From the IMG/VR virus record IMGVR_UViG_3300025133_000032: a stretch of DNA of 64,000 nt. One strand, written 5' to 3'. This DNA comes from a virus. Both the position numbers and the translations under genes were made by a program. A model generated the notes under the pieces. The model was not told the DNA's origin. It saw nothing but the letters and a program-made list of their open reading frames with translations, and did no database searches. Positions 48,456 to 58,785 of this stretch are shown here, piece by piece. How positions within the stretch are numbered: position 1 is the stretch's first letter; the number at the start of each line of letters is the position of its first letter.

Positions 48456-50090
48456 TTATGTATACTCGACAACAAGGTTTGGGCACCCATAAATTTTGAC
48501 AACACCATTAGCAGCAGCAACATCTTTTTCACTTATTCCATTTGTTGCTCTGAACTTGAATCTGTCATATCTATTAGTAAAGTCTGTCCACCAAAATCGT
48601 GGTTTTGTTTTTGCTACTATTTTATAACCTGCAGCTTTATACCCTTTCCCATTTCCGTATCTCAAATCAATATACGAGATTAACCCTACTTTTCCGTCAT
48701 TAGTAGATATTTTAAATGCACATTTTGTAAGTCTTGATAAACCTCCAACGACTGTGCAATCTTTCTTAACAGCAAACCGAGCGACTTCATAAAATTTATC
48801 ATATTTTTTGTGAAAAGCACTTCGCAAAGAAATCGCAGCCATTAATTTATCTTTATGAAATAAACCAAATGCATATTTTGCCCTTACATCTCCATCAATA
48901 TGATTATTATCAAAAAAAGCTCTGCGCTCTTTTAATTTAATTTGCTTAATATTACATTCTCTAGCCCCAATTTTAGTTGCAGACAATCCAAGTTTATACT
49001 TTAGCATACTTTCAACTATATGTCTTTTGTTCTTCCATTCATCTTCAAAAATGTGTATAAGCTGCACACCCGCAGTATTACATATGTCTGTTTTTTTCAT
49101 TGCATAATCATAATTTAAAAATCTTTCTGAGTGCCAAAATAAACCGTCGTATTCTATAGCAAGTTTTTTACCAATTAAAATGTCAACTTCTTTTGGTTTA
49201 ATTAAAGTTCTATCAGATAACGTGACATTATTTTCAAAAGATTTTATGAATTCATATAAATCAAGCTGGCCCTTCGATTCTTTTGGATTGCAATTATGAC
49301 AAACTGGTGTTGTCTCTATCGTACCTAGTGTCTTAAAGCTTGAAACATTGCAGTTTAAACATTTAAACTCAAGTTTCGTAGTGTATTTACCTCTATATAC
49401 TTCTGGTGAAGTTATTAGCTCAAATCCATGCAGTCTAGATGTACGTTGAACTAATTCTGATATCTTCATTCGGCGGCCAGCTTCTCTATGAACATACCGA
49501 TCAGAGATTTTTTTACTCATTGCTAAAACTTTCGGATCAGAAGATTTTACAAGCCCTTTATTCCACGAAGTAAGAACACCCTCCGCGTATAATCTCTTCT
49601 TTGTCTCAGATATCTTTTTTGCTGATGCTTTAGCCTTGACTGGATCTTTAATTCTCCAGTCTAGTATCTCGCCCGCCTCGGCTTTTTTTGTGTATGTTTC
49701 ACTCGTCTTCTTTGCTGACTTAAACACCCTTTCATCAGTATTCTTAGTTAAACCGTCATTCCAAACTTTATATTTTCCGTCTTTATAACCTTGCGCTCTT
49801 TTGGCTATCATTTTTGCTTGTACAGTTTTATCAGCAAAACAAGAATCAATTCTTGCATTGTGTCCACGCACGTACTTTGAAAGATAACCCTTTTTCCACC
49901 CTGCCCACTTAATCGGCTCTGAGCATTCTGAAGAACATTGACAAGTTGGAACTATCCCATCTAAATACAGATCGACATATTTTGATTCGTAATCAGAAAT
50001 TTCATGATCTGTATTTAGGTGGACAAGAAACCTTTTCTCTTGTTTATATTGTTTTGAGCAAATATAACAAACTATAGCTTTTTGTACCAT
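48456..50090 (-). mobile_element. Second Hef/Vsr-like putative homing endonuclease
   Basis: Same architecture as 1609..3204: C2H2, WN(D/K)GL, EVDI....KLAIEYDGLFWH, IHIFEDEW, RFWWTDF. Confidence 0.75.
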
Positions 50091-50095
50091 AATAT

Positions 50096-50124
50096 ATGGT
50101 ACATTTTTTTTATAAATTGTTCAA
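50096..50124 (-). promoter_or_regulatory. Sigma70-like promoter for endonuclease 2
   Basis: TTGAAC-N17-TACCAT, 5 nt before ATG. Confidence 0.55.
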
Positions 50125-50158
50125 CCCAATGCAAGCTATTATATAGATTTATAAGAAA

Positions 50159-50647
50159 TTAAAATTGGAGTACGGCGTTATCATATCTTACGACGAATGT
50201 TACCCAGCATGCTTCGTTATTTTCCATAGCTAGCTCATTATAATTAACATCTTTAGGCCAACAACCTTTGAGATCCCATAATTCCACAACCGTACCGACT
50301 GGATCTAATAATTTCAATTGCATATCTCTTTTGTAGAAATCTGCATATCCAGAACGACCAGAAACTGATTCGAAGTTCAGCCTTAGCCATTCTTCAATTT
50401 GCTGTGCACCAGATGGAGCAATAGCATCATATAATTCGCAGCTTATAGGTTGGAACTCATGCTTACCAGCAAGGTAGCGTTTGGAATTAATCCAGTCGAT
50501 TGTAATTTCTTCAAAAACACGTTGTGGGCGTGCTGTGGACTTCATAAGAAAAGCGTCAACGCCCTCGATTTGCAAGATCCATCGGAATTTTCTTTTTGGT
50601 TCGTAACGGTTTGGTAACATGTCTACGACGTCGAGTGTTTCAGCCAT
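50159..50647 (-). CDS. Tail tube protein (gp19-like)
   Basis: EPKR.FRW, LYD.I.PSGAQ...EW, GYADFYK, LDPVG.VVE.W.LKG. Confidence 0.85.
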   Translation of the reverse strand: MAETLDVVDMLPNRYEPKRKFRWILQIEGVDAFLMKSTARPQRVFEEITIDWINSKRYLAGKHEFQPISCELYDAIAPSGAQQIEEWLRLNFESVSGRSGYADFYKRDMQLKLLDPVGTVVELWDLKGCWPKDVNYNELAMENNEACWVTFVVRYDNAVLQF

Positions 50648-50768
50648 TGTCTCTCCTTTTGATGATGTCTAACATCATTTCTTGTTATAAATATATCATT
50701 ACTTATTTTTCGACCAGAAATTGTTATTTTACTTTATTATAAAGCTCTTATTAAAGATATTTATTTCT

Positions 50769-51023
50769 ATGACGTCACTTCGTGTTTGCTTATTGGAAAC
50801 TCCAGAAATCTCTATCAAACATCTCATGCATCTGGACACTGGAGTGTTTATACATTATGCTATTTCATTCCCCAAAACAGAAGGCTTTTATGTCTACAAA
50901 ATCTCACCTTATATTTCTAAAAAAATAGAGACAGCGTATAGAAGACATAAATCAATCGGCAAAAAAGCTGTAGCAATTAAGAAAAATGCTCAGGGTGAAC
51001 CTTTTAAAGTTAAATCACTTTAA
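50769..51023 (+). CDS. Small basic protein
   Basis: ATG 5 nt after ATATTTA; MTSLRVCLLE. Confidence 0.55.
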   Translation: MTSLRVCLLETPEISIKHLMHLDTGVFIHYAISFPKTEGFYVYKISPYISKKIETAYRRHKSIGKKAVAIKKNAQGEPFKVKSL

Positions 51024-51131
51024 ATCTACAATAGTAGCTTCCGTTAGAAGCTGCGAAATAAAGTTCCGAAGAGTACCCGCAGCAAGCTGGTTTGAAATGG
51101 CGGCGCGGACATCTTTGACCCTAACAAGCAT
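51015..51131 (-). pseudogene. Leader-only copy of the WCTA/LRV family (38 aa; below ORF-track cutoff)
   Basis: MLVRVKDVRAAISNQLAAGTLRNFISQLLTEATIVDLK* vs MLIKVKELRKVISNQLAENNLRSFVSQLLTEA at 62492. Confidence 0.75.
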
Positions 51132-51145
51132 TTTATTTCAAAATC

Positions 51146-51547
51146 TTAAGCGTTGACGCCAGATAATCTTTCTCTTGGCTTTTGTGGTACTTTTTTACCC
51201 TGCACGATTGGAATAACTTTTCCCTCACTTTCTTGTTTTTGTAATACAGCTAATAGTTTTCTAGATGACCATTCCAGATCGCTGTGTCTTTTTCCCCTAC
51301 CTTTAAGCACGACTGTATTTACATCATACTGGCGTATAAACTTTCTCCAATCATCCCGCTTCCATTTCTTTGAATCATCAACAAGCCCGATTCCATGGAC
51401 GGGATCAATAATACGCTGGACACCAGTTTCATCAAAAACTACATGGACTGTATCATGTGATTTAGGAGCTGGGGCATCTTGCGTCATGGCACGCATGTCC
51501 ATAGCTTCGCTTATTAAAGACCTTAATTGGCTAAATTTAATTTTCAT
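51146..51547 (-). CDS. Hypothetical protein with MKIKFSQLRSLISE leader
   Basis: ORF coupled to upstream gene. Confidence 0.65.
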   Translation of the reverse strand: MKIKFSQLRSLISEAMDMRAMTQDAPAPKSHDTVHVVFDETGVQRIIDPVHGIGLVDDSKKWKRDDWRKFIRQYDVNTVVLKGRGKRHSDLEWSSRKLLAVLQKQESEGKVIPIVQGKKVPQKPRERLSGVNA

Positions 51548-52455
51548 TTGTTATCACCCAGGCGGTTATTTTTGATTATCTCTTGTGCCATCTCGAGGTG
51601 TCTTTGGACCTCAACTCTGCGAGCCATTGGGACAAGCCCTACAAGCTTTTTTACACGTTCTAACTCAGTTTCGATAGATCTCATTTTCCGTATAGCATTA
51701 CCATCAGGTTTCTTTGGTGTTAGATAGTCTTCATTCATCTCACGAATTAATGTTTTAAGTTCACCATAAGTAATTTTTGCCACAGACTCACTTTTAAGTG
51801 ACGGTACAGCGGATAATATTTTCGCGACATCACTCATCATATTTTTATCTAATGCAACCATGAGCACTTTTTTCAATGTTTTCTTATATCTAGGATCTGA
51901 TTTCGCTTTTGCAATTAAAGGCGGAATAATCTTTCGCAACTCTGCATGAGGTAAGTCGCCCCATGTCGGTTCTTTCATACTTCTTGCTTTATCTGACAAA
52001 GCAACATCACCACGAGCTGAGGGTCGCCCGGTCATCTGCACGTCATTCGCAACAGCATGAACTGAAGCGCCAGGGTTATCTGGACCGCTGGCAGTTCTAT
52101 ACCTTTGTGCTCCAGTTTGGATCTCTTTCCCACGTTGCGCAGGAGACATCCAGACTAACTCTTTCTGTTGAGCATGATGCAAGTTACCGTACTCCCACCA
52201 GTCAAGAGGCTTTGGTTTGCGAAGTTGCCCAAAAACAAGTTTCTCAGGGACGTTTGTCCAGATTTTTGTAGGCCTATTTGAATCATAAACAAACAGCAGG
52301 AACATCCCATGTGTTTGAAATGTTCCATGATTAACATCATCGCCCAGTCGCCCGTAAGCAATTGCCTTCAGCCGTTTAACTTCCTCATGCGGAATATTAC
52401 TTGTCGTTCCAGCTTCATTTATTATGTGTTTAATTTCACCGATGGTCAATTTCAT
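51544..52455 (-). CDS. Hypothetical protein with two leader-like motifs
   Basis: MKLTIGEIKHIINE and internal KITYGELKTLIRE. Confidence 0.65.
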   Translation of the reverse strand: MKLTIGEIKHIINEAGTTSNIPHEEVKRLKAIAYGRLGDDVNHGTFQTHGMFLLFVYDSNRPTKIWTNVPEKLVFGQLRKPKPLDWWEYGNLHHAQQKELVWMSPAQRGKEIQTGAQRYRTASGPDNPGASVHAVANDVQMTGRPSARGDVALSDKARSMKEPTWGDLPHAELRKIIPPLIAKAKSDPRYKKTLKKVLMVALDKNMMSDVAKILSAVPSLKSESVAKITYGELKTLIREMNEDYLTPKKPDGNAIRKMRSIETELERVKKLVGLVPMARRVEVQRHLEMAQEIIKNNRLGDNK

Positions 52456-52544
52456 CTTATATTGCTCTCTATGTCCCTAGGCTCTTCATACAAGCTCTAT
52501 TGTATACTGGCTATTGGTACATATGGCCCACACAGCGAGTAAAC

Positions 52545-52585
52545 CAGAAGTGATCTTATAAACCCAACTTATAAGATCACTTCTG
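52545..52585 (-). terminator. 17-bp inverted repeat after sheath gene
   Basis: cagaagtgatcttataa-N7-ttataagatcacttctg. Confidence 0.75.
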
Positions 52586-52590
52586 TGTGT

Positions 52591-55500
52591 TTATGCATCT
52601 GAGCCGGCATTTGACACGACGAAGTCAACGCTAATGACTTCAGCAACTCTTGTGGGTTCGACGAATATCTTACCCCTGATAGTGTTATTTTCAATATCAG
52701 CCTGAGTTGTTGTTGTAGTATCAATTATAACTTTGAAACGTGCTACACCTTGTTGCTCTTGAATTCTCTGTAAGACAGGGTTAACAAGACTAGAGAACCG
52801 GTTTAGTGTTGATTCTCTATTAGGCTCAAAAATAATTTGATTTGAAATTGAACGTACTTGACGTCTGATTTCAATCATAAGTCTTCTGACATTTACTCTA
52901 TCAACTGCAGATTGTGCAGCATGCAAAGTTTTTTGCCCAAATACAACAACCCCATCACTCCCAGGGAATGAAACAAGCGGGTTGATACTAGCGTCTTGTA
53001 GTGTATCCATATTAGAACGATTCAATAATAACGAAGCATTATCCGTAGTTTGAAGTGCTCCTCTAACGAATCCTGCTGGAGCATTCCATGGGAATCCTAC
53101 AGAGTCATTCAAAGAGAATGCTCCCAATACTGCAACAGACGGCGGTACTTGCGTTGGCAAATTCGTGAATGGGTTATTAATAACCACATCTGGGAAATAT
53201 GCTGCAGCAAAGCTGCTATCCAAACCTCGGCCGTTAAACTGCGTCGCAGTATTTGTGACATGAACGTTTTGCACAGATGCTGTAACAACGGCATTGATTT
53301 CATCACGCTCTTCTACATCCATGATATACAGAGCATCGAATCTATCATTTTCGACTGTATCAACACCAGCATCGGATACGACTGAATGTCTAATTCCGGG
53401 AATCGCAAGAAGCTTGATATCGACGTCAGTCGTATCACCCATTATCTGCAGTCCCTTTCTATACGACTTCACAGTTGAACCGTTATTTAGATGTCTTGCT
53501 GAATCATCCATTTCTTGCTTCACAGCAATATTGGTTAGCTCATTAGACTCTTTATCGAATATATTCGTTCCATCATAACCACCCTGGACAAAGAAGTTGA
53601 ACTTAGCGATCGTTCTAACAGTTAAATCTCCGAAGTCTGTAGCAACGCTTAACGCTCTCGTCTTGTTCGCAGCATTGGCGCTGATTTGACCATTTCTTAC
53701 ATACGACATGCTTGCAAGTTCTTTTGCATCAACTATACCGTTCGATGCTGTTCTAACCTGGATTCTGTCTAGTGAGAAAATGTTATTATTATATAAATCA
53801 CTATCTAAAACAGTTCCATTAGAGTTAGCAACACCTGCGTTTTCCCCGACCTGGACATTTCTCAATGATGTCTGGAAATTTGGGAAATACTTAGTCAAAC
53901 TTCTGATTGTCTTATTCTCAACTTTCGATGAGTTAGGCTCCGTAAGTGATGTTTTTTGTGTAAACTGGACTCCCCAATAAAGTGACTTATTGACAATGAC
54001 CTTTGGATCAATTCCTTGTGCAATATTATCTCTAAATGGGATTGGTAATTCGACGACCCTCTTTAAGCCTTCGTTGCCATAGTCAGTCAAGCCTGCAGAA
54101 GCAGCAGTAGAACCACTAATTGCCGTTAGAGGATCAGAGCCTGAGGTTATTAAGTGTGCAGGCCCTCTAAAGCCAATGGGTAATGATGTAGGGCTTATCT
54201 CTTCGTCGTCAACCCTTTGATCAATCGCAACCCTAATTAGATTTGAAACATTAGGATATTTGCCTTCAACAACAAGCTTTTGGCCAGATGAATTTTTGTC
54301 AAAATCATAATATGCATTCAAATCGCCAATCCGGCGCCCGATATAGTTTTGTGATGTAGGATCAAGGTTAAGCCCGGAAAAGCTTTCCAAGATTACACGG
54401 TTCTCATCAGTATCACCGAACCTTCTTACAAGAAGGTCAAACGTACCGAATTGGTCATCATTAACGTTTGACTTTGCAATATTCTGAATTGATATCTTAT
54501 ATTTCTCGTTAGACTCGCGGCCATCCGACAGCATAAAGACTCTAAACAGATTTATTGGGTTTCCACCAAACTTTTGTGAAATTACTGTAGGCGATGAAGG
54601 AGTCGAATACCTATCTTCAAAGTTTTCGTAATTTGGTGCTGTAGTTGCGCCAGTATTTCTAGGTGCAGAGCCTGTAAGCAAAAATGCTACTGGCTCTTTT
54701 GATGCAGCCGAAGCAGCATAGTTACCAGCAGCGATGACTCCAGTACCCGTTACTGCAGCATATGATGGATGAATATCATAGTGTGAGTAAAGATAATGGC
54801 CAGCAACCTCAATCTTCGTAGGGTCTTGGTTTAATACATTACCGAGGTAATTAGGTGCAGTCTGATCAAACGATGCTGTTATAACATTCGGATATGATGC
54901 ATCATTTCCCTTATGACCATTAAGCAATAATACAAAGTTTTGATTTCCGCCTAATAAATCAACAGAGCCCGTCATAGCCCCATTTGGTCCTGCAGACGTT
55001 GCGACCTGCGCGACAGCAGGGGCTCCAGATGGAGACACTGAGGATGAAAGCATTGGTACAACACCAGATGCTGCCATCACTATACCCCTAACAATCGGGA
55101 CTGCGACAGCAACAGTTGCAGTTCTGTGTGCAATACCTGCATCAGAGAAAATGGATGAACCATTTGACTCAGACATGTATGTTCCCAAAATGTGCATTCT
55201 GCCTTTTGGACCAGTGCTATTTGCGTATGCGTTATCACCGAGGTTACCATTAGCTCCCGGAATCTGTTGCCCGACAACAAACCCAGCACCTTCTACGCTA
55301 CCAAGATTATTTCCAGTTGTAAGCCTCTTTTCTCCGCGACCTGCGCCAAGAACTCTTAAGAAGGTTACAGCCCGAGCATTACGTAACCATTCAGCTACAG
55401 CAATCGGCCCGAACTTTGTTCCATCAGAACCGCCGAATTTAACAACGAAATCCGGAAGTGATCCAACAGTAACTGGAACGAACGCAGGACCACGCTCTGC

Positions 55501-55608
55501 GGCACCAATAACACCGGCAGGAACGCCTACAGGCGTTACATTTTGCGGACCGGTTAAATCTATTTCTCTGACGCTTACGCCAGGTGATCTTCCACTAAGT
55601 TCGACCAT
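52591..55608 (-). CDS. Tail sheath protein (paralog 2)
   Basis: SPGV..REID, GPAFVP, PW.APAGF.RG, INP, GQKTL, DRVNVRRL. Confidence 0.92.
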   Translation of the reverse strand: MVELSGRSPGVSVREIDLTGPQNVTPVGVPAGVIGAAERGPAFVPVTVGSLPDFVVKFGGSDGTKFGPIAVAEWLRNARAVTFLRVLGAGRGEKRLTTGNNLGSVEGAGFVVGQQIPGANGNLGDNAYANSTGPKGRMHILGTYMSESNGSSIFSDAGIAHRTATVAVAVPIVRGIVMAASGVVPMLSSSVSPSGAPAVAQVATSAGPNGAMTGSVDLLGGNQNFVLLLNGHKGNDASYPNVITASFDQTAPNYLGNVLNQDPTKIEVAGHYLYSHYDIHPSYAAVTGTGVIAAGNYAASAASKEPVAFLLTGSAPRNTGATTAPNYENFEDRYSTPSSPTVISQKFGGNPINLFRVFMLSDGRESNEKYKISIQNIAKSNVNDDQFGTFDLLVRRFGDTDENRVILESFSGLNLDPTSQNYIGRRIGDLNAYYDFDKNSSGQKLVVEGKYPNVSNLIRVAIDQRVDDEEISPTSLPIGFRGPAHLITSGSDPLTAISGSTAASAGLTDYGNEGLKRVVELPIPFRDNIAQGIDPKVIVNKSLYWGVQFTQKTSLTEPNSSKVENKTIRSLTKYFPNFQTSLRNVQVGENAGVANSNGTVLDSDLYNNNIFSLDRIQVRTASNGIVDAKELASMSYVRNGQISANAANKTRALSVATDFGDLTVRTIAKFNFFVQGGYDGTNIFDKESNELTNIAVKQEMDDSARHLNNGSTVKSYRKGLQIMGDTTDVDIKLLAIPGIRHSVVSDAGVDTVENDRFDALYIMDVEERDEINAVVTASVQNVHVTNTATQFNGRGLDSSFAAAYFPDVVINNPFTNLPTQVPPSVAVLGAFSLNDSVGFPWNAPAGFVRGALQTTDNASLLLNRSNMDTLQDASINPLVSFPGSDGVVVFGQKTLHAAQSAVDRVNVRRLMIEIRRQVRSISNQIIFEPNRESTLNRFSSLVNPVLQRIQEQQGVARFKVIIDTTTTTQADIENNTIRGKIFVEPTRVAEVISVDFVVSNAGSDA

Positions 55609-55645
55609 CGTTTATCTCATCTCCTAAGGTTAACCCTTAAGCCCC

Positions 55646-58600
55646 TTACTCTGCGAAACTTACGCCCGCGTTCGTTATAATAAAATCAATCGCAACAAAC
55701 TCTACAGTTCTGGTTGGTACCAGTTCAATACGCCCATTAAGTTTATTATTCTCAATGTCATCCTGCGTATTGTTAGTTTCGTTCATAACAACTTTGAATT
55801 TCTCTATTCCTGCCTGCATTTGTACAAGAGCTAGCCTAGGTGTAATTTGATTTACCCAGCGTGCCCTTGTTTGAGGCGTGTTCTGTTCAAATACGAATCC
55901 TGCTCTCGAAATATCAGAAACTATTCTCTTTACTTCAAGTAACATTCTTCTAACATTCACTCTATCAAGTGCCGACTTTGCTTGCTGCATTGTCTTTTGC
56001 CCAAATATTACGAATGTGGGCGAAGTTCCCTGTCTAGGGAAGTTTGCGATAGGATTAATATTTGACTCTTGTAATCTATCTCGATCACCTTTATTCAATC
56101 GTACATCAGTATTCGAAACAAAATCAAGAGCACCACGATTGAATCCAGCTGGAGCAAACCATGGGAATCCGACCTTATCATTATACGCCAACGCCCCAAG
56201 CGCAGCTACTGAAGGCGGTACTTTTACCTTTTTGCTTGTCACACTATCTGTAATTACGACATCTGGGAAATACGCAGAAACATAGTTATTATCAAGTGCA
56301 CGAGTATCAAGTTGTTCTGATGTTTTCTCTACATCAGGTTTAGTACTATCAGTATCAAATAATCTTGTAGTGTTCTCGTCGTATCCAACAAGGTCTTGTA
56401 AATAAATGGCGAGACCATACTCTTTGATTCTAGTTGCAGCATGATCTGTGATAAAGGAATCCCTTATTCCTGGAATCGCAAGGATATTTGTGTTAACAGT
56501 TAGTTCATCTGTCATAATCCTTGATGCTGCACGATATGAGAATACTGTATTGTTTTCTTGACCAGCCCCCGCGATATTAGTCGTTAAACCAGGTGACGTG
56601 TAAGCAGAATTTGCGCCTCCACCTGTATCACTAGATGATGCTTTATCATTTAATCTTGATGCATCAACATCTAATATATTAACGCCATCATAGCCGCCAG
56701 CCATAAAGTTAGTAAACTTTGTGAAACTAGAGAACTTATTAAACTCTGCTGATGACGTTAGGTTTACCAATGTACCAAGCGTAACCCTGTTAACGGCTAG
56801 GCTATCAACCACTCTGTAATCATTAGGGTTTGGACTTCCGTTTCTAATGTATGCAGTTTCACGCATATGCTCTGCTGCAGACGCTGTAACAGCAGCAACA
56901 GATGTGTTACTAAGTGCGACCTTCGCTAGCGAAAATTTGTTATTGCAAAAAGTATCTGCGCTTGATCCAGTAACCAATGCATCGAGCTTCGAAATTCCCA
57001 AGAACTTCGAGTATGACTTGACTAATGGGTTAATTACTGAAGATACATTTGGGTTTAGGATAGCATCTGTGATTGAACCTGTAGCAGGTACTTTCGTAAA
57101 CTTAACTCCCCAATATAATCTAGAGTCGACGATTTCTGCAGCACCTGGTTGTCCAACAAAACTTGATGCCGTAGTCGTTATTCCCTTTGTTACCTTAAAT
57201 GTATGAGGAACTGGGGGAACAATAGATGATGTACCAAATAACGCCCCGATTCCAACGCCGGTCAATCTACGTGATACGCTTGTATCAGCAGCTGTATCAA
57301 CCAGCATATCATTAGTATTTAATAAAGACTGTCCCCTAAACCCAAATGGAAGTGCTGTTGCAGGAATATATCTTTTTTCTATGTCTGGATTAATTACAAT
57401 TCTAACCAACGCAGACTTATTAGGGAATCTTCCTGTCACTCTTACGCGACGTTCATCTTCTCTATCAGTGTCGAAAACAAACTCTGCCTTCATATCACCG
57501 ATAACGGCAGCGACATAATTCTCGCTGCTTGGGTCCAATGAACATACTGGATATTGTTCTAAAATTTCTGGCTTAAGGTCAGTGTCATTAAATGATCTTA
57601 CCTGTACTGCGAATGTTCCATATTCATTTGCTGGATCAACAGATTTTCTAACATTTGCAATTGAAATCTTGTACTTATCATTTGCAAATTTTCCATCAGA
57701 AATTGACTCAAAGCTAAATAAGTCATATTCTTTCGTTCCATATGGTTGCGAAATAAAATCAGTCGTTGAGGGTGTTTGGAACCTTGTATCAAACCTACCG
57801 TATACATCTCTGAATGTTTCTGATGTATCACCTGACGTCGATGATGTGTTTGTTGTTCCTGATAGAACCATAACAGAGCCAGTCGTAGCAGACACTGGTG
57901 CTAATTCGTCTTCAACACCGAAGTCAGCGTATAACAAATGCTCTTCAGTATTGAACTTTGTAGGGTCGGTATTTAATATCTTCCCAATATAGTTGTCGCT
58001 TGTAGGATTAAATGATGCAGTAAGTACCCTAATAGCTGTTAAGCCATCAGATGTTGCATAATTTGGTGTCGAAGACGAAATAACAAGCTTAAACATCCCG
58101 TCCATTTCGCCAGCTGCAGCCAATGTAGCAACATCATCATGATCAGATATACTGGGTACAACTTCCTGAGCGCCATCAAGGACCATCATTCTTGTTCCAG
58201 ATGCGACCATAATCATAGCACGGATAAGGTTGACGTCAGTTAACCCGAATGAGTCATTATCAGTAAATACTGGATAACCAAACGCCTCATTCGCTCGTGG
58301 CGTATGTCGAGCAGCTAAGAACATCGTCCCGCCATTATCTCTAGCCCATACATCTTTACCTGCCGATGCTGCTAGCGAAAAGCCAGCATTTTTTACTGTG
58401 CCCTGTGTTCTAGTTACTTCGATATCAGTGACAGTATCATTTGCACCTGCTCCCAATACTCTCGTGTATGTAACCGCAGACCTGTGCTTTAAAAACTCAT
58501 TTACTGCGTAGGGCCCAAACCTCTTTGAGTTCATTTGCCCAAACTTCGATTTAAAGTCTGGAATTGAACCCACTGTAACTGGGACAAATGCTGGACCCTT

Positions 58601-58711
58601 TTCTGCTGTACCAATGATACCTGCAGGAGTCCCTAGTGGCGCCTGTTGGCGCTGTGTTAAATCGATTTCTCTTTCAAAAAACCCCGGTGATCTAAAAGTC
58701 TGCTCTGGCAT
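55646..58711 (-). CDS. Tail sheath protein (paralog 1)
   Basis: SPGFFEREID, GPAFVP, PWFAPAGFNRG, GQKT.Q...SALDRVNVRR; start likely MPEQ after SD aggag. Confidence 0.92.
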   Translation of the reverse strand: MPEQTFRSPGFFEREIDLTQRQQAPLGTPAGIIGTAEKGPAFVPVTVGSIPDFKSKFGQMNSKRFGPYAVNEFLKHRSAVTYTRVLGAGANDTVTDIEVTRTQGTVKNAGFSLAASAGKDVWARDNGGTMFLAARHTPRANEAFGYPVFTDNDSFGLTDVNLIRAMIMVASGTRMMVLDGAQEVVPSISDHDDVATLAAAGEMDGMFKLVISSSTPNYATSDGLTAIRVLTASFNPTSDNYIGKILNTDPTKFNTEEHLLYADFGVEDELAPVSATTGSVMVLSGTTNTSSTSGDTSETFRDVYGRFDTRFQTPSTTDFISQPYGTKEYDLFSFESISDGKFANDKYKISIANVRKSVDPANEYGTFAVQVRSFNDTDLKPEILEQYPVCSLDPSSENYVAAVIGDMKAEFVFDTDREDERRVRVTGRFPNKSALVRIVINPDIEKRYIPATALPFGFRGQSLLNTNDMLVDTAADTSVSRRLTGVGIGALFGTSSIVPPVPHTFKVTKGITTTASSFVGQPGAAEIVDSRLYWGVKFTKVPATGSITDAILNPNVSSVINPLVKSYSKFLGISKLDALVTGSSADTFCNNKFSLAKVALSNTSVAAVTASAAEHMRETAYIRNGSPNPNDYRVVDSLAVNRVTLGTLVNLTSSAEFNKFSSFTKFTNFMAGGYDGVNILDVDASRLNDKASSSDTGGGANSAYTSPGLTTNIAGAGQENNTVFSYRAASRIMTDELTVNTNILAIPGIRDSFITDHAATRIKEYGLAIYLQDLVGYDENTTRLFDTDSTKPDVEKTSEQLDTRALDNNYVSAYFPDVVITDSVTSKKVKVPPSVAALGALAYNDKVGFPWFAPAGFNRGALDFVSNTDVRLNKGDRDRLQESNINPIANFPRQGTSPTFVIFGQKTMQQAKSALDRVNVRRMLLEVKRIVSDISRAGFVFEQNTPQTRARWVNQITPRLALVQMQAGIEKFKVVMNETNNTQDDIENNKLNGRIELVPTRTVEFVAIDFIITNAGVSFAE

Positions 58712-58785
58712 ATTATACAAGCTCCTGTCTATTGGCTACCATGCTATCAATTAATTATGATTGTCATGACATAAAATTTCTTTTA

